Shown: one piece after another, positions 42,401 to 57,400 of the stretch
Layout: each line of letters opens with the position of its first letter
Position numbering within the stretch: position 1 is the first letter of the stretch
Assembly: GCF_037042905.1 (NCBI RefSeq)
Contig: NC_087252.1
Location: forward strand, 26,290,001 to 26,354,000
Reading direction: 5' to 3'
Origin: Lytechinus pictus
Lineage: Eukaryota
Length of the DNA stretch: 64,000 nucleotides
Translations under genes and position numbers: made by a program
Notes under the pieces: generated by a model
Told to the model about the DNA's origin: nothing
The model's input: the letters and a program-made list of their open reading frames with translations, nothing else
The model's database searches: none

Positions 42401-45400
42401 GCAAATCTGGTAAAAAACATGCAATATATCACTCAAATAGACAGTATATGCATATATACTAAAACACATATGGATTTATTTTAGGAGATTTGTCTATAAT
42501 GTCAGCGGTTGAATTGCAATTGCTGCAAATGCAATCTCTGTATTGGTGTATGCAATAAGTAAGATGCTAGCCATAGAACTTTGTTGATTGGTTACTGCTG
42601 GCTTGCTTTTATTCCTTAGAAGCGAATACCTACTTACCTCTTTCCTGGCAGTAGAGCCCGCTGAACCCTGAAGGGCATTGGCATACCCCTGCATTGCACA
42701 CCCCTCCGTTGATACAAGCTGGCTCACACACTATTAAGAATATATAGATATCAACGTATAATAAACTCTCAATCGTATCAACATAGCTGGAGTAGTAGAA
42801 GTATATGTACATGGTATACGTAAATCAATTTCTTTGATATAAACCCCTCCAAAAAAGTTTGGAAATCTGATTTTGATCAACAATCCCTCCTCGATTTTAG
42901 TGAATATTAATGCATGATTGATACCAATGAATAGATCATTTAATTCTCTTTAAACTTATACCCTATATGATATGATTATGGTTCACATGGAGGTGCAGTG
43001 CCTTGAAATGTGGGGCAAGGTCAAAATTCAAAAGTTGCAAAATGACACAATATTGAAAGTCACTGTTCTTTTTTTTCCGTGGTGATGAGTGTATTTCTCA
43101 GCTGTTTCCTTTTTTCCATGCACCTTAACATCAACATTAACAAAAGAGAATTAAGGATGTTCCACAGTTAAAGTGAAATCCATGTCATTTTCACCAAACT
43201 TTGCACATAGATACTTTAGAACCTTAATATTCGAAATATGCAAAAATTAACATAGGTCCATGTGCTTGATTTTTTGCTATAGAGCTTCAAAGTTCACCCA
43301 AATTGATGTTTTTAAGAATTGCGCATTCAAAAGAATTTGGCATTTTTAGACCGCCCAAGATTACTACAATGAGTTTAAACCTCTATTACTCAGTCAAAAT
43401 ACATGAAAAAGTCATCAAATTTCGCAAGAGAGTTAATAATTGTATCGTTAAAATGGAGAATATATTTATAGTGCTATGTGTTTGCAATTTTAAGTTTAAC
43501 AGCACTGTCAGTTCTTAAAAATGGCGTAAAAGATAACAAAATCCCAATCTAAAAAATGTAAAATTTCAGTAACAAACTACAAACGTACAATAAATGCTGC
43601 ACTTTATTCAAAATCCATGTCATTTTCACCAAAATTTGCAGAGTTGTAGAGGAAGGTATACCTAAGAGGTACAAACATTAAACAAGTGGAATGCCTCTGG
43701 CCGTCTCACCTGCATCACGCGATTCAATATAGCAGCAGTGCTGATTTTGAAAACTACTATAACTCGCACAAGATGTTCAGTGATACTTGGTTACTCTTAT
43801 TTCCACGTTTTATGAACTAGACCAATACACTTATAGAGATATGATGGCAATTCAACAAATACCCCCAACGTGGCCAAAGTTCTTTGACCTTACATGACCT
43901 TTGAACTTGATCATGTGACCTGAAACTCGCACAGGATGTTCAGTGATACTTGATTACTATTATGTCCAAGTTTTATGAACTAGACCAACACACTTTCAAA
44001 TTTATGGCTGTAATTCAACAAATACCCCAATTTGGCCAAAGTTCATTGACCCTAAATGACCTTTGACCTTGATCATGTGACCTGAAACTTGCACAGGATG
44101 TTCAGTAATACTTGATTACTATTATGTCCAAGTTTCATGAATCAGATCCATAAACTTTCAAAGTTATGATGGTAATTCAACAGATACCCCCAATTCGGCC
44201 AAAGTTCATTGACCCTAAATGACCTTTGACCTTGGTCATGTGATGTGAAACTCATGCAGGATGTTCAGTGATACTTGATTAACCTTATGTATAAGTTTCA
44301 TGAACTAGGTCCATATATTTTCTAAGTTATGATGACATTTCAAAAACTTAACCTTAGGTTAAGATTTTGATGTTGATTCCCCCAACATGGTCTAAGTTCA
44401 TTGACCCTAAATGACCTTTGACCTTGGTCATGTGACATGAAACTCAGGCAGGATGTTCAGTAATACTTGATTAACCTTATGGCCAAGTTTCATGAACTAG
44501 GTCCATATACTTTCTAAGTTATGCTGTCATTTCAAAAACTTAACCTCAGGTTAAGATTTGGTGTTGACGCCGCCGTCGCCATCGCCGCCGCCGCCGCCGC
44601 CGCCGCCGCCGTCGCCGTCGGAAAAGCGGCGCCTATAGTCTCACTCTGCTATGCAGGTGAGACAAAAATAGGGGTTCATGTGCTTGTTTTTAAACTATCA
44701 CCATTTTTATTAGAGCAAATGTGCTTTTTAAAACACCAAAAATGCGCCGAATGCTTAGTATCTATGTGAAGAAAAAAATCAAAACCACTCTACCATTTAT
44801 TCAAACTCGGGTTAATATTCGTGATTCTTGGCAGCACTGCAGAGTAAAGTATTTTGAAATTGTAGAGAATATTTTTTTGAATGGTCCATGGAATAATTCA
44901 ATTTTTTATCTTCATGAAATAGCGCATCGGATCTGCAGTTAAAGTGCAGAAGATGAGAAAAATCAGCTCATACCCGCAGCTAATTAATCACCTGTTCATC
45001 CATTGTGACGTCAGCGCGCAGAGTGTAAATTATGCGCAGATCATAATGCGCACAAACACAACTGTGGAACGTCCTTAAATGATCTTTTGAATGATATCAA
45101 ACATGCATTGTGTAAACGTGGGAGTTTGGATAAATTAATGGCCAAACTCAGATTTCCAAACTTTTTTTAGGAGTTTAAATAGAATATGAATACATGTACC
45201 TCTTGTCTGACAGAACTCCCCGGTGAATCCTGCACCACACTGACACGCCCCTTGGTAACAAAATCCTCCATTGCGGCACACATCATCACATGGTCTCTCT
45301 GGGATGAAAAAAAGAAAGATGGCAAGTAGCAATGAACAATAACAAAACAAAAAAAATTATGCCACAATTTACTATTAACATCTTTAGACTTTTTTAACAG

Positions 45401-48400
45401 AGGAACATGGTTTCAAATCCCAGCTACAGAGTAATTTCCTTTGGCAAGACACTAATCATCATCGTGCCGCACTCTACCCATATATTTAGAGAGAATGATG
45501 TATTAATTTGTGTCCATAAAACACATGTTTCTAGATGGAAAATCTTTTCTATTCTGTTAGGCTCACAGTCAACGCTATCTGTAACCTTACCATCCACATT
45601 ATCAGATGAATGAAAGTGATCATATATGAACTTACCCTGGCTGCAGTCTTCCCCTATGAAACCAATGGGGCACTGACACGCCCCTCTCACGCACTGGCCT
45701 CCGTTCACACATGGTGGGATGCAGGGGACATCTGAAAGAGAACACAACATAATTTACCATCATTTATCTATAAATGAATCGGCTTGAAATACAGTTACAG
45801 TCAAGGTCAAATTAGCTTGAAATTTATCTTCACATGTTTTCTTTATATTCCACCATGTGCTTAGTGCCGAAATCGAAAGTTTGGGTAGTAGAAGCAACTA
45901 AATTGATACTGATTACAAAACAATCCTTGGAAGAAACAAAGCTTATACAAACTAAAATTAAGCCATGATGATCAGTATCCGCATTACACATGTTCAATTT
46001 TATGAGCCATTCTGTTTGTTTTCTGGCAATTCCATTACTATGGTAATGTACAATGGGTGTACCTGTAAATAAAAATTGTTTATAATGAAAGAGTTTCATG
46101 TGATACGGCAGACATAGCTTGCTTGAACTTTAAAACATTTAAAGAATAATCCTTTTCAGCAGTTTGAAAGTAATCTTGGGATGATACAAATTGTGTATCG
46201 GAAATGATAAAAAGGAAAGTAAGATACAAAGCAGGCATACAATGTCTTAAGTACGTTAGTAATAGAATACAGTGACCACAAATATGGATGTGATTCCCAA
46301 CTCTTCATAAAAGATCATGATTCAAAAGACTATTGAAAAGATCAGATTTGAGCTTACCAATACAAGAGAATCTATCGGGTCCAAGGCGTTGTCCGATGGG
46401 GCAGGTACAGGCATAGCTTCCGGGTAGATTGGTACATCGGTGTGCACACTGTAATCCTTCTGCCTGGCATTCATCAAAATCTGCATAATAGCAATATCAT
46501 GTAAATACATGTAACTTATATGGTAATGGTAAATGACTTATACGGTAATGGTAAATCGTTTTATGGAAATGGTAAAAAAGTCACATGACAATATTGAATC
46601 ACTTATGCAGCATTAGTACATCACTTATATGGCAATGGGTTCATCATAATGGTAATCATATTCAGTGAGTTTGGTATGAGCAAACACTTGCATATTCCAA
46701 TGAAGAAATGTTATAAAAATAATGATGACACTTTGATTGGGCATTTTGTTTCAACAAAACTTTTTAAAAAGGATGTACTTTCTAGTGAGCAAGAGATTCT
46801 AGATTCTTGGTTTGTCACCAGCAGATCTCATATTGTCTGAACAACCAATATGCTTAATTATTAGAGTATAAGTTTACCACACTCTAGCCCGTATTCTGAA
46901 GTCGAGTTTAGCTTAACTCAGGTTTAAAGTTGTGGTTTAAGTATGGAAAGCCAATCGTAACATAAATCACTAATGGTAGAGATGTCATATTTCAGCTCAT
47001 TTGGCTCTCAAATCATTCATAATTGTCTAGGAAGTATAAATAGATGATTGTCTTCACTGTCGATGAATCAGGAAAGAGCACAGTAAAAATAAGAAACATA
47101 CAACTTAATAAAGATTTTGACGCTTTTGGCTTCCCATAGTTAGACCATGGTCTAAGTTAAACCTGACTTCAGAATACGGGGCAATATGTCAATGTCCAAA
47201 TCAAATGCATGAGAAAGCACAGAATATCCTAGAGAGTTTTTGTTTAACTTACCAATGCATCCTGTTCCATCAGTTGAGATCTGGAACCCTAGAGGACAGG
47301 AACATCTGTAGCTGCCGTAGGTGTTCTGACAGGCACCAGGACAGCGGTTCAATCCACTTGCACACTCATCAATATCTAAAAGGGGATTGGTCAAATAATG
47401 ATAAAAATCCGCTTTTATATTGCGCTTCATACATCGAAATGACGTGTCTAAGCACTTTACAGATATATTATTACCCCGGCCATCGGATTCAATCAGTCAT
47501 TCCCGCACACAATGTGTGCACATCCTCCACTCCCTTGGGAGTATTCCGGTGAGTCGCCGATGAGGCGCACACAGTACTGGACAAGCTACGATGACTTTCA
47601 CATCCTACCTGGTACCCGTTTAGCACCTGGGTCGAGAGTGGCAAAGTGTGGATTAACGCATCGTCAAAGGACGCCAGACCGCGGTGGGATTCGAACACAC
47701 GACCCTCTGTTTACAAGGCGAGAGTCAGAACCACTACACCATGGCTCCTCCTCAAAGAGCATAGGTTCATATTTTAATATCAATAGTGTAAACGCATTTC
47801 TTTAACTTACAATCAATGAATAAGACTGGATGTTTGATCTTAACGTAAAGTCTGATATAAATCTTGAAACCAGCTGGATTTGAAGCGGAAATCTCTTGTC
47901 CTGAATCAAAATGGTTCCAAGATTTTTCTGACTTATTTTTTCCAGATTGAGCATGCAATCTAATTCATTGGGTGCACACCAGAAATGCCTCAACAGTATT
48001 AAACTTCCTGAGAAAGCCTTCAAGGTCCTTCAAACCTTCAAATTATTACGAAAGAACAAATCCAGGAGAGAGGGCAGATGTAGACACTAAAGATACAAAC
48101 ACCTCTTCATAATTAATACACTTTGAATTTTAATCAGAACAACAGGCAGTAATACATTTCACTAATCAGACATATCTTTCTTTTTCTCTCTCTCTCTTTC
48201 TGTTCATTTGTAGCTATTTCTTAGAAAAAAATACAAATGCAAAATCAAAATATCAGTCTTCACCCAGAATTAAACAAATGTAACAATAGCATTCAAGGAG
48301 TAATGACTGACTTCTGGAATACCCATGAAGTTTGTATGAATACCACTAGTTCCAGTAGTACACAGATTAAGAAGAAATCACTGATATCTTACCCCGACTG

Positions 48401-51400
48401 CAATCCGTCCCTGTGAATCCAGGGGCGCATTCACACACCCCTCTATTACAGGTGCCGCCATTCACGCATTCCCTTCCGCAAGGTAGAGTACCTGGTAAAA
48501 CAAAGGAGGGATTTCACTTTCATTCATATTAATTTCAGAGATCATATCAGGTTGCAGAAAGAACTCTAAATTTGAGTTTGGGTTTCCAAAAAAATACTTG
48601 ATTTGTTAATAAAAGCTCAAAGCTAAGTGACATTAATTAAAAGTTTCAATTCAATATGAATTAATTAATAATGATATTCATATCCACCTTGAAAACCAAA
48701 TACAGCCTGAACTTCCATAAAATATAAATGAATCAATATCAACCTCACTAATAACATCCACAATAATCTTCCCAATGACCTTTCAAATGGCTATTCTTAC
48801 AAGATCTTCCATCTGTGGCTGATATCCTGTATTAAGGTATATGCAATAACAACCAAAGGTGCTCACGCACTGAACACTGAAAGAACATGTGTCTGATTTC
48901 ATATATTTTCTTTAAAATGAATGAACTTCTTATTGACCTTCATAATAACCTTCACAATAACCTTCACAATGACCTTCAAAATGACCGTGTACTTACATGA
49001 TCTTCCATCAGCTCCTAGCTGGTATCCTACTGGGCATGTGCAATGATAGCTGCCAAAGGTGTTGACACATTGAACACTGCAAGGACTCATGTCCGTTACG
49101 ATGCATTCATTCACATCTAAAAGAGAAATGGCAATGAAACTTGAAATGATGTGAAATGAATAACAGGCACTCCAAACCAGCGACCACCTCAGGATATATA
49201 CTTGTGATTTAAACTGTTGACTAACAATTTCTGTAATTCCCAAAGGATTTGTGCAGGGATCACCTATTGTTATGATAAACTGTATTTTCGTCTTTGTGTA
49301 TAACTTATTGTTAAAGCCATCGGAAACCAAATTTCTTTGTATACACACATTGACCAATAAAAGAATCTTGAATCTCGTTCCAGAGGGTAATGGGTTAATC
49401 ATAAAAGTTAAAGACAGTTTCAATACTGACGGAATCAAAATAACGTATATTGCCATAATTGATGACTGACAATTAACTATTAATTGTGAAAAAAAAAAAA
49501 GACCTTGGGAGCGTTTCATGAAAGGACTTGCCGCACACGTTTTTCTGACAAGTCCCATTTTATCCAACAGTTATCATAGGACCAGCGCTTCTCGACCAAT
49601 CAAATCCAAGGGAAATTGTCAGAACTTACAACTTGTCGGACAAAATCTGAATCATAATAGTTGGTCATTTCTAGGCAATCGGGGGAATCTTTTCCCAGAA
49701 TAACAGGATGGGATGCACTGTAACAACGTATGGTGCGGTTGACACAACGTTGGAGAATGATGTCTGGGCCCTGTACCATGAAGTTTGATGATTGATTGTA
49801 GCGTTGATTTCTAAGATTGATCATACACAATACTTAATGCAATCAATCATAGAAATCAGCCTTATGTTCAAACACTCAGATTCTATGTTACAGGGCCAAG
49901 GTCATCCTCACACTCACCATACTGGCATGTTGGTCCTTGGAATCCAGGTGGACACACACATCGTCTATTGACACAGGTTCCATTGTTCTGACACGGTGGG
50001 AAGCATTGACCGCCTGAACAAAAATGTAAAAAATAAAGAATTTTAAATGCCAAGGGTTTGATTCACAAACAGTTAAGTGCGACTTTACCCTAAATAGACT
50101 GGGCTATTTCGACGCCTAAGAAGACTGGGGGGGCTGATTCTGTACATTTACCTATATATGTGCCATAAATATTTATTACCATGAGAGGCCTAATTACCCT
50201 TTTCAGTCTGTTTTGGTAAGAAGCTGAATATATGAGAAAATTTAATCCTTCAGAAAGGCTAAATTGGAGAGAAGATTAAACTTTGGAAAAAATGGATTTG
50301 TTTTGGATTAAACGCCATATAATCATTATAACGTTTGTTTTAAATTATCTATCTCAAAGATACCATAGCAAATTTGTCAACACGTCAATTTACAGCAGTG
50401 CGTTATCTTCAGCATCAGAATTTTCACGTTCATGAATTAACGGAGGTGCTGCAGTTCGTCACCTTTTATGTCCAAAATTCAGCAATGTTCATTTGTGTCC
50501 CGTCATAGAAGTAAGTTTCGTAGATTAATCAGATAATAGGGGAGATAATGTGTTGATTATATAATTATGACAAGAAACTCAAAGAGAGTTATTGACGAAA
50601 AACAGAAGTAAAAATTCATTATAAATGTACACGTGAAAAGAGGTTGAAGTTAGAAGACAATTTTTTGGCTCAAAAGGCTCGTGTGAAATCTAATCACAAT
50701 TGTCTTAAATGCATATAACTGAAATTTGTGTTATAAAGTAAAAGTTTCAAGATGTCTAAAATCTGATTATTTAATTAATGAAAAGCTTCAGTTGAAAGCT
50801 TTGTTTAGTTTTTTGGAAGCAACTGGTTATGTTGGAAAATGTGAATATAAACATTTCCAGGAAGTTTAGTTCGGTTTGGATTCATAATCTAAGCAAAAGT
50901 ATGAAAATACAAGACTTCTTTTTTTGTGAGAATGAAGAGACAAAATATCTGGTTTATTTTCATATTACAAAGATTATATTGTATTTTAAAGCATATCTAT
51001 GCTTAAGACAAGTTGTTCATTGTGAGGTGAAAGTGCATAAATATAGATCTATACAAAAGGATACAAAAACATGTTCATGAGTCTGATACATGAACATTTG
51101 GTGAATTCATGAAGTGTATTTTGAAGAGGTAGAAATAAGTTTCTGGCAAAACTAGTTTTGGTTCATGAATAATTGCATGTGCATTTAATTTAGAGAAAAC
51201 CAGTTTTAAAAGCTATTAGGGATTTGTTTCGGCATAGTTGGACTCAACTATGCGTTGTTGGCGCCCTGCCAAAATTGGGCATTGACTTTTTATGCCTTTT
51301 ATATAAAAAGTGATTTTGATAGAAAATGATATTGTCTGCTACATTCAGACTTTCAGTTGGTTTATATTAGTCTTAATCCATGCTTTTACTATAAACAATG

Positions 51401-54400
51401 AAAGTCAATCTTGGTCAGAATATTTAGTAATACTTTGATGGACAAATGTAAATGCATCAAGACCAGGTTACACAAGATATTCATATTTAAGTGCATGTTT
51501 TAATTCAGGATGAGATGACTCAAAATATGCTGTTTTGTTTTATCATTTCAGATTGAATAAAATCTACAAATCTACTGTAGAAATATCTCAATTCCATGGT
51601 TCACATCTCGGCTTGTTCTGTACTATCCATAAATTCAATTTCTACGCATACTCTGGGAATAGTACAAGAAGGACAAGATGGCTGAAAGAGCAGGCGAACT
51701 GAAGGTGAAGCGGAGGTCGGCAAAGGGGAAGTTCACAAGGACTTTGAATCAAGTTCAGGCCCTGATTGACCGTGAAAGATCCAGCAAAGAGGTTGATGAG
51801 GGCTTTCAGGAATGTCAGAAATGCTACAAGGATCTGGAAGAGAAGCATGACGTATACTGTGAGCTTCTTGATGATTCGGCATATGAATCAGAGCAGGCAT
51901 GGATAGAAGATTGCATGAATAACTTCATGCAAGTGAAAGCGAAGGTTTGTGACTTTCTCGAGAAAAATAGCATTGGAAATATCAGCTCTGGAGGAGTAAG
52001 AAATGCAACTCAATGTAAGGTGCAGGTTGAAAAACCTAAGTTACCCAGGTTTTCAGGAGATATTAGAGAATATCAAACTTTTAAGTCCGACTTCAAGCAT
52101 CTCATTGAAACCAGATATGCCGAAAGGGATTGCATAACAATTATGCGTACTAGCCTGCAAGGGAAACCACTGGAAATAATTCAAGGGATAGGAACCGACT
52201 ATCTAGCAGCATGGGAGCAACTTGATATCATGTACGGTGATCCGAGGAATCTAGCCGATGCTATCATATCTGACATCACAAAGTTCAAGAACTTAAAGGA
52301 CGGTGAGGATGCAAGGTTCATCGAGTTTGCCGGATTAGTTAGGAGGAGCTACAACACTCTGAAACAGATAAATAAGGAAGAGGATATGAACAATTCTCAT
52401 ATGTTGGCGTTGATAGAACGGAAGCTTACAAATGAAGATCGTAAGATTTGGTTACGTCTGCATAGGTCACCCACTTTAAAGGGCTTGATGGACTGGATGA
52501 GCGAGGAACTACAGACTCGCATTCGGGCGACTGCATCCATTCGAGAAGGAAGGTCAGATAACAGGACCAAGCAAGGTGCATCCATACACCAAGTTATGAA
52601 CCAAGACAAAGGCAATGATGTGGTTCGTAAGCAGGACTTTAAGTGTTGGCACTGTAAATCCAATGATCACTGGATTGATAAGTGTCAAATGATTATCAGA
52701 ATGAGCCAACCAGAAAGGTACGACTTGATGAAGGCGAACAGAGCGTGCTTTAGCTGTCTGAAGCGGGCCAGCAAGGAACACCGCATGACCACATGTAGAC
52801 GAAGAAGGAAGTGCGACCAATGCCCCTCATATCATCATCCTTTGCTGCATTCAACAATCGAAAAAAGGGAGTCTACAGTGGACGTGGCAAGTATCGGATC
52901 AAGTGAGACTCTGTTACCAATACTGTCAGTCAAGGTTCAAGGTACGAAGGGAGCGGTCATTGGTAACTGTTTGTTGGACTCTGGGTCTCAAGTGACACTC
53001 ATCAGGACGGAGATTGCAAAGACACTTAATCTCGAGGGTGATCCAATCCAAGTCGTGATCACAAAAGTTGGCGGAGATAGAGAGACTGCTGATTCCAAGT
53101 TATATCGGGTTAAGCTTGAGTCTTTGGATACCCATAAAGTCATTGTGGTACAAGCTATCGGACTAGATGTCATCAACGATAATATCACAGGTGTTAATGT
53201 TAGAGAGTTAGCAAGGATTTTCCATCTTGACAAACTCTACAGAGGTTCTGGACCAATTGATCTACTCATCGGTGCCGACTATGCAAAACTTCATCTTGGG
53301 AATGGAAAGCCAAGAGAGAGAGGACATCTAGTTGCTAAGCGAACACCACTAGGCTGGGTGGTGTTTGGTGGTAAACCAGGCCAGAAGAGTGGAAACGTAC
53401 TCAATGTACAAGTAATCAGGAATCCCATTGATCTGCAGGATTTTTGGACGACAGAGTCTATGGGAGTGGCCTGTCCAGATAAAGAGGTAGATGAACAGAA
53501 GTTTATCATCAATGCTTGTCAGAAGAAAGGACGACAGTGGCTGGTTCCATATCCATGGCAGAGAAACCCAAAGGAACTGCCAGACAACAAGGTACTGGTG
53601 GAAAAAATGCTCTGTGCTACAGAGAAAAGGTTGCTGAAGAATGCTGAGCATGCCAAAGCCTATGATAATCAAATTAAGGAAATGGTACAGATGGGTTTCG
53701 CAAGGAAAATGACAAATGAGGAAATGGAGTCGTATGAGGGCCCTGTGCATTATATTCCTCATCATGCAGTGTTGCGACCGGAAAAGAAGAGCACACCGAT
53801 AAGAATTGTCTTCAATTCCTCTTCAGTGTTTGCTGGCAAGTGTCTCAACGACTTCTGGATGAAAGGACCTGACCTCTTAAATAACTTGTTTGGAGTCATC
53901 CTACGTTTCCGGGAGAGGTCAGTAGCAGTTTGTGCAGATATCTCAAAAATGTACCACAGGGTGCTGATACCCGAGTCTGATCAGCACGTACACAGGTTTT
54001 TATGGAGAGATTTGCAAGTGAACAGAAAGCCTGATACGTATGTGATGCAAGTCGTGACGTTTGGAGATAAGCCGGCTCCAGCAATGGCGCAGACAGCACT
54101 GAGACTCACTGCAGAAGAAGGCCGTGCTCAGTCTCCAGAGGCTGCAGATGTATTGAAAAGAGATACATACATGGATGACATCTGCACATCTACAGATACG
54201 ATAGAGCAAGCTAAAGCCTTAACCAAGGACATTGACATGATTCTTGCTGATGGTGGGTTTAAGGTGAAAGGCTGGACTTCCAACATACAGCTAAAAGGTC
54301 CAGAGGCAAACGAAATGGAGAAAACTATGATGGAAAGTCTAGCAGAGGAGAAGGTGCTAGGAGTCTTCTGGGATAGAGAGAAGGATGAGTTCTCTTACAG

Positions 54401-57400
54401 AGTGAAAGTTGACAAGTTCATAGATAGGAGACTAACCAAGAGAATCATCCTCAGTCAGGTTGCCCGAATCTTCGATCCGATTGGCTATACAGCACCATTT
54501 GTCATCCGGGCAAAAATTGGACTACAGCAACTATGGGAAAATGGCTATGACTGGGATGCAGTTCTTCCAGATGAATGTCAAATGGAATGGAAGAGATTCT
54601 TTCAAGAAATGGAAGAGCTCAAGGAGGTAACATTTGAAAGATGTCTGACTCCGAAAGAGGCAGTGGGTAAGCCGCTGCTCTGTATCTTCAGTGATGCTTC
54701 GATGCATGCCTTTGGAGCGTGTGCATACCTGAGGTGGGAAATGGATGGTGGAGGCTACATGACTAGATTTGTGGCAGCAAAATCACGAGTGGCACCACTC
54801 AAGCCACTAACAGTTCCACGCCTTGAGCTTCAGGCTGCAGTTCTTGCGAGTAGGTTATATAAGACGATATTGGAGGAGCTGAGGATTGAAATTGAGGATG
54901 TCATTTTAATGACAGACAGTACGATCGCCATCTCGTGGATTAGAGGTAGGGCGAAAACCTTCAAGACGTTTGTTGCAACAAGAGTGGGAGAAATCCAGAC
55001 CAGTACAGACCCCAGCAAATGGAGACACATCTCTGGAGAAAGCAACATAGCAGATGTGTTATCAAGAGGACTGAAGGCAAGTGAGCTAGTGGGGTCATGG
55101 CAACGGGGTCCAGACTTTCTTCAAAAGTCAGCATCTGATTGGCCTGACGAAGTCAAGGTTCGTGAGGACCTTCCTGATGTTGAGAAGGAGAGGCGTAACG
55201 AGAAGACAGTTCTAAATGTGTCTCAGAGTCATCATCTGATTCATTACGAGAGGTTCTCTAACTGGAGGAAACTGGTCAGAGTAGCAGCATTGGTGATAAA
55301 GTTTGTAAAGAAACTCAAGGCCAGACGGCAGAAACAGGAAAAAGAGACCAGTATAGAGATTACGCCCACAGAACTAGATGACGGAGAAAAGTACATCATC
55401 AGAGATGTACAAAATGGCATGGAGTCTCGAATCAAAAAAGGAGAGCTGAAGTCTTTGAGTCCATTCATTGATGACTACGGCATCATACGGGTTGGAGGCA
55501 GGATAGATAAAGCGATTACGTCATTCGAGCAGAAGCATCCTGCCCTGCTACCATATGGACATCATGTTTCAAGACTGATTACTCGTCATGTACATGAGAC
55601 GAGTCACAGTGGAGTAGCTGCAACCATGGCAAAGATAAGACTGAAATATTGGATTCTTCATGGTCACAAACTTGCCAAGACAGTTAAGTATAGATGTACC
55701 AGGTGCAGAGTGTTTCAGCACAAGACAGAGACCCAACAGATGTCAGACCTACCAAAAGAGAGATTGGTCCCAAGTACACCACCATTCCACTTCACTTCAT
55801 GTGATTATTTCGGGCCGCTAACGGTGAAAGTGGGACGTAACAAGACATCAAAATATTATGGGGTGATATTCACCTGCTTGAACACTCGTGCTGTTCATCT
55901 GGAACTGGCAGTGGATTGCAGTACGATGGAATTCATACAGGTGCTAAGACGTTTCTTCTCTATCAGAGGACAACCGACGATGATCATGAGCGACAATGGT
56001 ACCCAGTTCATAGGTGCAGAACGAAAACTAAGGAAGATGACGGACGGAATGTCTGACAACGAGCTGAAGGACTTTTGTGCAGAGAGAGGCACTACATGGA
56101 AGTTTGTAACTCCAGGGGCACCACATCAAAACGGGTGCGCCGAATCTTTGGTCAAGAGTTGCAAGCATGCATTGAAAAGGGCGATAGGTGATCAAGTGTT
56201 GTCGCCTTTTGAACTGTATACATGCTTAGTGGAGGTATCGAATCTTGTCAACCAAAGACCTATCGGCCGACTTCCAACTGATCCAGACGATGGCAGCTAT
56301 ATCTCACCGAACGACATGCTTCTAGGACGAGCTTCGGGGAGCGTAGCGCAAGGCCCATTCTTGAAGACGCGAAATCCAAGACACAGAGTGGAACTGGTTC
56401 AGCGCATTGTAGATTCTTTCTGGCAACGGTGGACAAGGGATGTTTTACCACTGTTAGCTCCAAGAAGGAAGTGGAATGTTCATCGACGCAATGTCTGCAT
56501 TGGGGATGTAGTAATGCTCGCCGACATGAACTCTATACGCAGCAAGTGGACAATCGCTCGCGTGATTGAAGTTTACCCAGGTGACGACGGTAAAGTGCGG
56601 AATGTGAAAGTAAAGACTATGAACTCTGAATATCGTCGCCCAGTAACCAAGTTAGCAGTAATCTACCCTGTTGAGGGATACGAAGATTAGTACATAAGGA
56701 TTGTAAGTTTTGAAACAATTTATCTGGAGCGCGAATTTGGCTGTTTTTTTTTTTGTTTCAATTTGTAATGAGGACAACCCCCTCATTGGGCGGGGAGGAT
56801 GTTTTGGTAAGAAGCTGAATATATGAGAAAATTTAATCCTTCAGAAAGGCTAAATTGGAGAGAAGATTGAACTTTGGAAAAAATGGATTTGTTTTGGATT
56901 AAACGCCATATAATCATTATAACGTTTGTTTTAAATTATCTATCTCAAAGATACCATAGCAAATTTGTCAACAGGTCAATTTACAGCAGTGCGTTATCTT
57001 CAGCATCAGAATTTTCACGTTCATGAATTAACGGAGGTGCTGCAGTTCGTCACCTTTTATGTCCAAAATTCAGCAATGTTCATTTGTGTCCCGTCATAGA
57101 AGTAAGTTTCGTAGATTAATCAGATAATAGGGGAGATAATGTGTTGATTATATAATTATGACAAGAAACTCAAAGAGAGTTATTGACGAAAAACAGAAGT
57201 AAAAATTCATTATAAATGTACACGTGAAAAGAGGTTGAAGTTAGAAGACAATTTTTTGGCTCAAAAGGCTCGTGTGAAATCTAATCACAATTGTCTTAAA
57301 TGCATATAACTGAAATTTGTGTTATAAAGTAAAAGTTTCAAGATGTCTAAAATCTGATTATTTAATTAATGAAAAGCTTCAGTTGAAAGCTTTGTTTAGT

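Noticed and set aside
48899..49567. 222-aa ORF as a stand-alone gene (also the 187-aa ORF at 59482-60045)
   Set aside because: The first is chance read-through of intron and MITE sequence around a 120-bp exon; the second is MITE sequence plus the antisense of an exon.
50829..51080. Identical 83-aa ORFs at 50829 and 57420
   Set aside because: They are the same position in the two LTRs, AT-rich with no recognisable motif; their identity reflects LTR duplication.
52397..56463. Minus-strand ORFs overlapping gag-pol
   Set aside because: Short antisense shadows of a long coding frame with no domain signal.
56691..56799. Possible env gene in the retrotransposon
   Set aside because: Only about 110 bp separate the pol stop from the 3' LTR.
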